IMG/VR virus record: IMGVR_UViG_3300042898_006838
Location: 64,001-128,000 of that record
Reading direction: 5' to 3' (one strand)
From: a virus
Length of the DNA stretch: 64,000 nucleotides
Of this stretch, positions 59,741 through 64,000 are shown in pieces; the stretch's first letter is position 1, and the number at the start of each line of letters is the position of its first letter. The position numbers were made by a program, and so were the translations under genes. The notes under the pieces are model-generated. The model was not told where the DNA came from, did no database searches, and worked only from the letters and a program-made list of their open reading frames with translations.

Positions 59741-60555
59741 ATAACCTCCGGTACGTTGTCATTAGAAAAGGCGGCCTGATGCCGCCCGGTCACGTTTCGT
59801 CGTCGTCACTTGCAGTGTCATGACCACCCCCGCACCGAGGGCGTGCGATCTTGAAGTCCGTTTTGTCCATACACACGCACATCGTCGTTCGTGGCGCTCG
59901 TCGAGGTCGTCGACGACTGGGAGAGCCGCGCCAAGAGCCGATTGGCGCAGCCGTGGCCGCACACGCGGTAGCGCCAGCCGTCGAAGTCGACGACGAGCGA
60001 GGTTACGTCGCCAAGGTAGCAGTTGCACCCGGCGCAGGGGATCGTTGTCTGGGAGATGGTGTTCATGGCTGCTCCATCCCTTCGACGACGTCGTGGGCTG
60101 ATGGGAGGTCGCCAACGTAGTGACACCAACCAATGCCGCGATGCAACGCAATCGCCACCGCCCACTGCTGACCGAGGACGACGCGGACGATGTCGTCTCT
60201 GGTGTAGATGCGCCGGTCTTCGACGTGGACTTCTTCACCTGCCCCGAAAAATTGTCGCGCTAGGTTCAAGACTGGATTTTCGGTCACTGCTTATCCTTCT
60301 TGGGTGCAAGCGCCTCGCGGGCGCGTTGTTCTGGTGTTCGCATGCAGAGCGGGTCGCTGTAGTCGCCGCGTGCGATGTCGGCGAGGGCGGCGCGCAGGGC
60401 GGCGTTATCGGTGCGGAGCCTTGAGTTCTCTGACACCAAGTTCAAGTCGCCTGTGAAGCGTTGAAGCACGTCCTCGATGACGTCCTCCATCGGGGTGTAG
60501 TCGTCGGCTCCAAAGGCATGGCGCAAGCGCGCAAAGGCGTCTTCCAGTTTGTCTC

Positions 60556-61179
60556 TCATGGCTTCTTCTCCAAGGCCGCACGCAGCACGGCGATATCTTC
60601 TTGGTCAAACTTCACGTCGACGAACTTCGCCGTCGTCAGGACGGTCACCCTGTTCTTCTGCTCCATGATGCCAAGCGCGAGCGTGCAGGCTTCGCGCAGA
60701 GCGGCGATCTCCTCTTGCGCCTCGTCCAGTCGCTTGTCCTCGACGCGGGTCGCCAACCCGAGCCTCGCCATCGTCGAGTCAAGGTCTTGCATACGGCGTT
60801 CATGTTCACGATCTATAGCCAGCGCACCATCCTGCTCAATCTCAAGCAGGCGCTGGAGGATCTGTTCCATCCGATGAGCGCCGTCCTCGGTCGATACCCC
60901 AGCGCCAAGGCCCGCTAGTTCAGCCAGCAAACGATCTTCTTCAGTAACGACGGACTCGAAGATGACGCGAGGCAGGGGATGCCAGTGGGTAGCCCATGGC
61001 CTGTGGCCTTCCTCGTCGTCGTCGACCTTGACGCAGCGGCCGTCGTTCGTCTCGATGCGCCAATCCGAACTCAGCGGCGAAGAGACGAACGGAGGCTCGC
61101 TGATGGGAACCCGGTACCAAAGCACGTCTCCGTCATCTTCGTGCCAGTCACTCAGCGGGCGTAGAACTTCGCAGGTCAT
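60556..61179 (-). CDS. Hypothetical protein
   Basis: Trp-rich N-terminus, coiled-coil C-terminus. Confidence 0.5.
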   Translation of the reverse strand: MTCEVLRPLSDWHEDDGDVLWYRVPISEPPFVSSPLSSDWRIETNDGRCVKVDDDEEGHRPWATHWHPLPRVIFESVVTEEDRLLAELAGLGAGVSTEDGAHRMEQILQRLLEIEQDGALAIDREHERRMQDLDSTMARLGLATRVEDKRLDEAQEEIAALREACTLALGIMEQKNRVTVLTTAKFVDVKFDQEDIAVLRAALEKKP

Positions 61180-61181
61180 GG

Positions 61182-62030
61182 TCAGTCACCCATCGCTTCG
61201 CGCAGAAGGCGCTGTGTGTGAAACAAGGCCGCGTTCTGCGGCGGGTTCGTCAGCAGTGCCGTCATGTCGTTGAGGCTCCAGGCCAAGACCTCAAGCGCGG
61301 CGTGACGGAGCCTTGAGCTTTCCGCCTCGGCGGTGATGGCGCGGGCCTCGGCGGCGTCGCGGTCGGCGTGGGCGGCAGCACGCTGGGTATCCATGTGCGC
61401 GCACGCCTTCTCTGACGAGCGCCACAGGAGCCGGGCTGCTTCGGCGTCGCCGACGTGCATCTCGACCATGCCAGTCGCCTTGTCCAGCTTCTCGCAGATC
61501 TCCCTCTCCCTCGCCTCGGCGGCGATGGCGCGGGCCTCGGCGCGGTCGGCGCGGGTGACGGCGTCGTTCAGCACCGTGGCAAAAGCAAGGCTCTCCTTGG
61601 AGGGGCCCTTCTTGGCAAGGCTGGCCTCGGCGGCATCGGCACGGGCGATGGCGGCCTCAAGCCTCTTGTCTCCAGCCACGATGGCGTTGAGGGCCTCGTC
61701 GTAGTGCGCTCTCGACACCAGCTGACCGGTGGCGGTGTCGGGGATGGTGAGAGCGCGAGCCAGTTGCGGGCTGGCGCGCAGGCTCGGGCCGTAGATGCAG
61801 TCGAGCTTCTCCGCCAGGTACTCGGCCTCGTAGCTCTCCATGCGCAACGGCTTCTCGCTGTGGGTGTTGGCGTGCATGAAGCCCGGGTTCTTCGTGCAGA
61901 TCTTGATGTACTCGTTCATCAGCCCCGTGAACTCGATGAAGGCGTGAACGCCGGTCTGCTGGGCTGCGAGGTAGAAGCGTGCGGACGCTGCGTACATGGC
62001 TTCGATAGCCTTCTGTTCTTCTTCACTCAT
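61182..62030 (-). CDS. Hypothetical coiled-coil protein
   Basis: AEARA repeats; AAGGAG SD. Confidence 0.55.
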   Translation of the reverse strand: MSEEEQKAIEAMYAASARFYLAAQQTGVHAFIEFTGLMNEYIKICTKNPGFMHANTHSEKPLRMESYEAEYLAEKLDCIYGPSLRASPQLARALTIPDTATGQLVSRAHYDEALNAIVAGDKRLEAAIARADAAEASLAKKGPSKESLAFATVLNDAVTRADRAEARAIAAEAREREICEKLDKATGMVEMHVGDAEAARLLWRSSEKACAHMDTQRAAAHADRDAAEARAITAEAESSRLRHAALEVLAWSLNDMTALLTNPPQNAALFHTQRLLREAMGD

Positions 62031-63342
62031 TTGCCTGTCTCCTTGATCATTTGTTGGTCATGGCGCTGGCCAGGTTCGCGATTTCCAGGCGCTGCTCGTC
62101 ACTGAGCTGGTGCCAGATGCTCGACATGCGGCCGCTGGCAAAGGCGTCGGGTTCAGGCGGAACCTCAACGGTGCCACCGCTGCCATCTCCGCCCAGAGGC
62201 ACGCCGCGGCCGCTGTGCTCCAGCTCCGAGACGATGTTCCAGAGCCTGGCGTAGGTCGCGCTGCTCAGGCCGTCGAGACACTCGGCGACCTCGTCTGGGC
62301 GCCAGTCGGCTACGGGACATTCGATCATGACTTCTCCTTCAGTGACTGGCCCATGAGCCAGAGGTTGTTGCCAAGCCTTTGGGCCACAGACGGCTCCAAA
62401 AGCGATTCTCGGTAGTCGTGGATGTGGCGGTCGGAGGCACGACGCACGGCTCTTTCCAGGTCCTGGGGGCCGATGCCGGCCGCGCGCCACAGGCCCCAGG
62501 TGTCGCGGCAGAGGCGGCAAACCGGGGCCAGGCCAAGATCCTGATCCACGGGGATCACGGTGCCGGTGCCGAAGACGGCGACTCCGGCGTCGGCGTAGAG
62601 CAGCACGTCCTCGCCGCGGCGGTGCAGTGTCCCGGGTACCAGGCCCCGGTCGCCGCCGGTGACCAGGTCGCGGAGCCTGGGGCTGTCGACAAAGCGGCCG
62701 ACGTGCGGCCGCAGGTAGTCGCCGAGCCAGGGCATGCCACTGGCGTTGACGAACATGGCCAGCAGCTTTCGGTCCCCATCTGACTCGCAGGCCTGCATGA
62801 GGCAGGAGCCAATCAACGCCCTCTTCACAGCCCCTCCCGGGCCAGGGACGCGGCCATGACCTCGAAGGTCGTCGCGGACAGGACTCCGCCGTCCTCGAAG
62901 GCCAGGGTGCAGGACCCGGAGTCAAACGACAGCCGCTGCCCGCGATACTCGCCGGCCACGCGACGGAGGTAGGGCAGCAGGGGAATGACCACGCACGCCA
63001 CGTCATCGGACATGAACCGGCCGTTGAATTCCAGCATGTCGTAGCTGCCCAGGACGTGGCGCCGTTTCTGGACCTGAGCGACATGCGGATGCCAGGGTAT
63101 CCAAGGTGGTGGACTTGGCGTCTCTTTTTTCCCAGCGCAGTCCTGGAACCAGAGCAGTGCCTCTGTAAAAATTTTGTCTTCCGTTCCAAAGAAGAGACAA
63201 AATCTGCAATCGACATTTTCATTCATCGACAACTCCCGCGTAGACGCACGTGTGCCGAAACACGCCAGCCAACTGAGGCAGGTGCGCACTTGTCGGCTCA
63301 CGGTCATTATACCTGAAAACTTGTTCATGTTTTGATGTCGCC

Positions 63343-63656
63343 TGTCCCATGCCCTGGGACTCTCTGTCCCATGGCCCATGGGACAGCTGACAACATCGAC
63401 TTTTCAACTACTTAACCCGCCTTTTTTACCTTCTGTCCCATACCCTCCCCTAAAATGAGAGGTTTAGAGACGGATGGTATTTTTCCGGAAGCAGGGTCCA
63501 AGATCAGAACCCGTAACTGGAAAGGGCCTGAAAACCGGCTACAGGGCTTGGAGACGTGGAAAACGGCGAAAAGCATGGGACGCATGGGACATCGGCTTGT
63601 AAGTTCCTGATATCACTCAGGTCACGGTGTCCCAGGGCCATGGGACAGTGTCCCAT
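63343..63656. repeat. Cluster of TGTCCCA(T)/(A)TGGGAC(A) direct and inverted repeats flanking an AT-richer stretch; candidate replication origin
   Basis: About 10 copies: 63343, 63355, 63365, 63378, 63434, 63575, 63584, 63628, 63640, 63649. Confidence 0.6.
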
Positions 63657-64000
63657 GCCCAGTCGACGCGGCCATCAGCTCCAGGGTCGTGGGTGTCAGC
63701 GTCAGCGGCCCCAGTCTCAGGCCGTTGTCTGGCAGGGTGTAGACGAGGTCGCTGGAGATGGTCGGCGTCTTGGCCATACCCGCGGCCCCCAGCACGTAGG
63801 GCAGAAGCGGCTGCAGCCAGGCCCTGAGTTCTGAGACCGGAGCCGGACCAAGGACCATCCACAGGCCGCGGGTGTTGGCAGCCGAGAGCCAGTGGAGACG
63901 TGCCGTGTCACCAGATTTCGCGCGAAACGTCTCTCTCTGACTACGGCTCCAGGGTCCCCACTCACTTTCCCATTTCGGTATCAGGTAGTGGCTTCGAAAA

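Overview
GC-rich segment of a large, probably jumbo, contractile-tailed (myovirus-like) bacteriophage genome. No host housekeeping operons, rRNA or recognisable tRNA. Left part (1-27.4 kb): a fused beta/beta-prime multisubunit-type RNA polymerase (open at the left edge), terminase large subunit, SNF2 helicase, baseplate spike, and a head-neck-tail operon (putative prohead protease, scaffold, capsid, neck, sheath, tube). Many of these proteins carry recurring K-x-A/S motifs. Right part (27.5-64 kb, minus strand): replication/recombination genes (Cas4/AddB-like nuclease, DinG helicase, SSB, beta clamp, DnaQ, SNF2, oligoribonuclease), many small hypothetical genes and a candidate origin near 63.3-63.7 kb. 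Most striking: a retron-type reverse transcriptase (41089-42105) has no room for an adjacent msr-msd. Instead the window holds two non-coding tandem arrays (37535-37955, 3 units; 50445-51073, 4 units). Each unit looks like a complete miniature retron ncRNA: its own a1/a2 inverted repeat, a candidate branching G, a conserved CGGCG-NNN-CGCCG hairpin and a different long msd-like hairpin. This suggests one RT making up to seven different msDNAs. All calls are by eye from motifs; no database searches were run.
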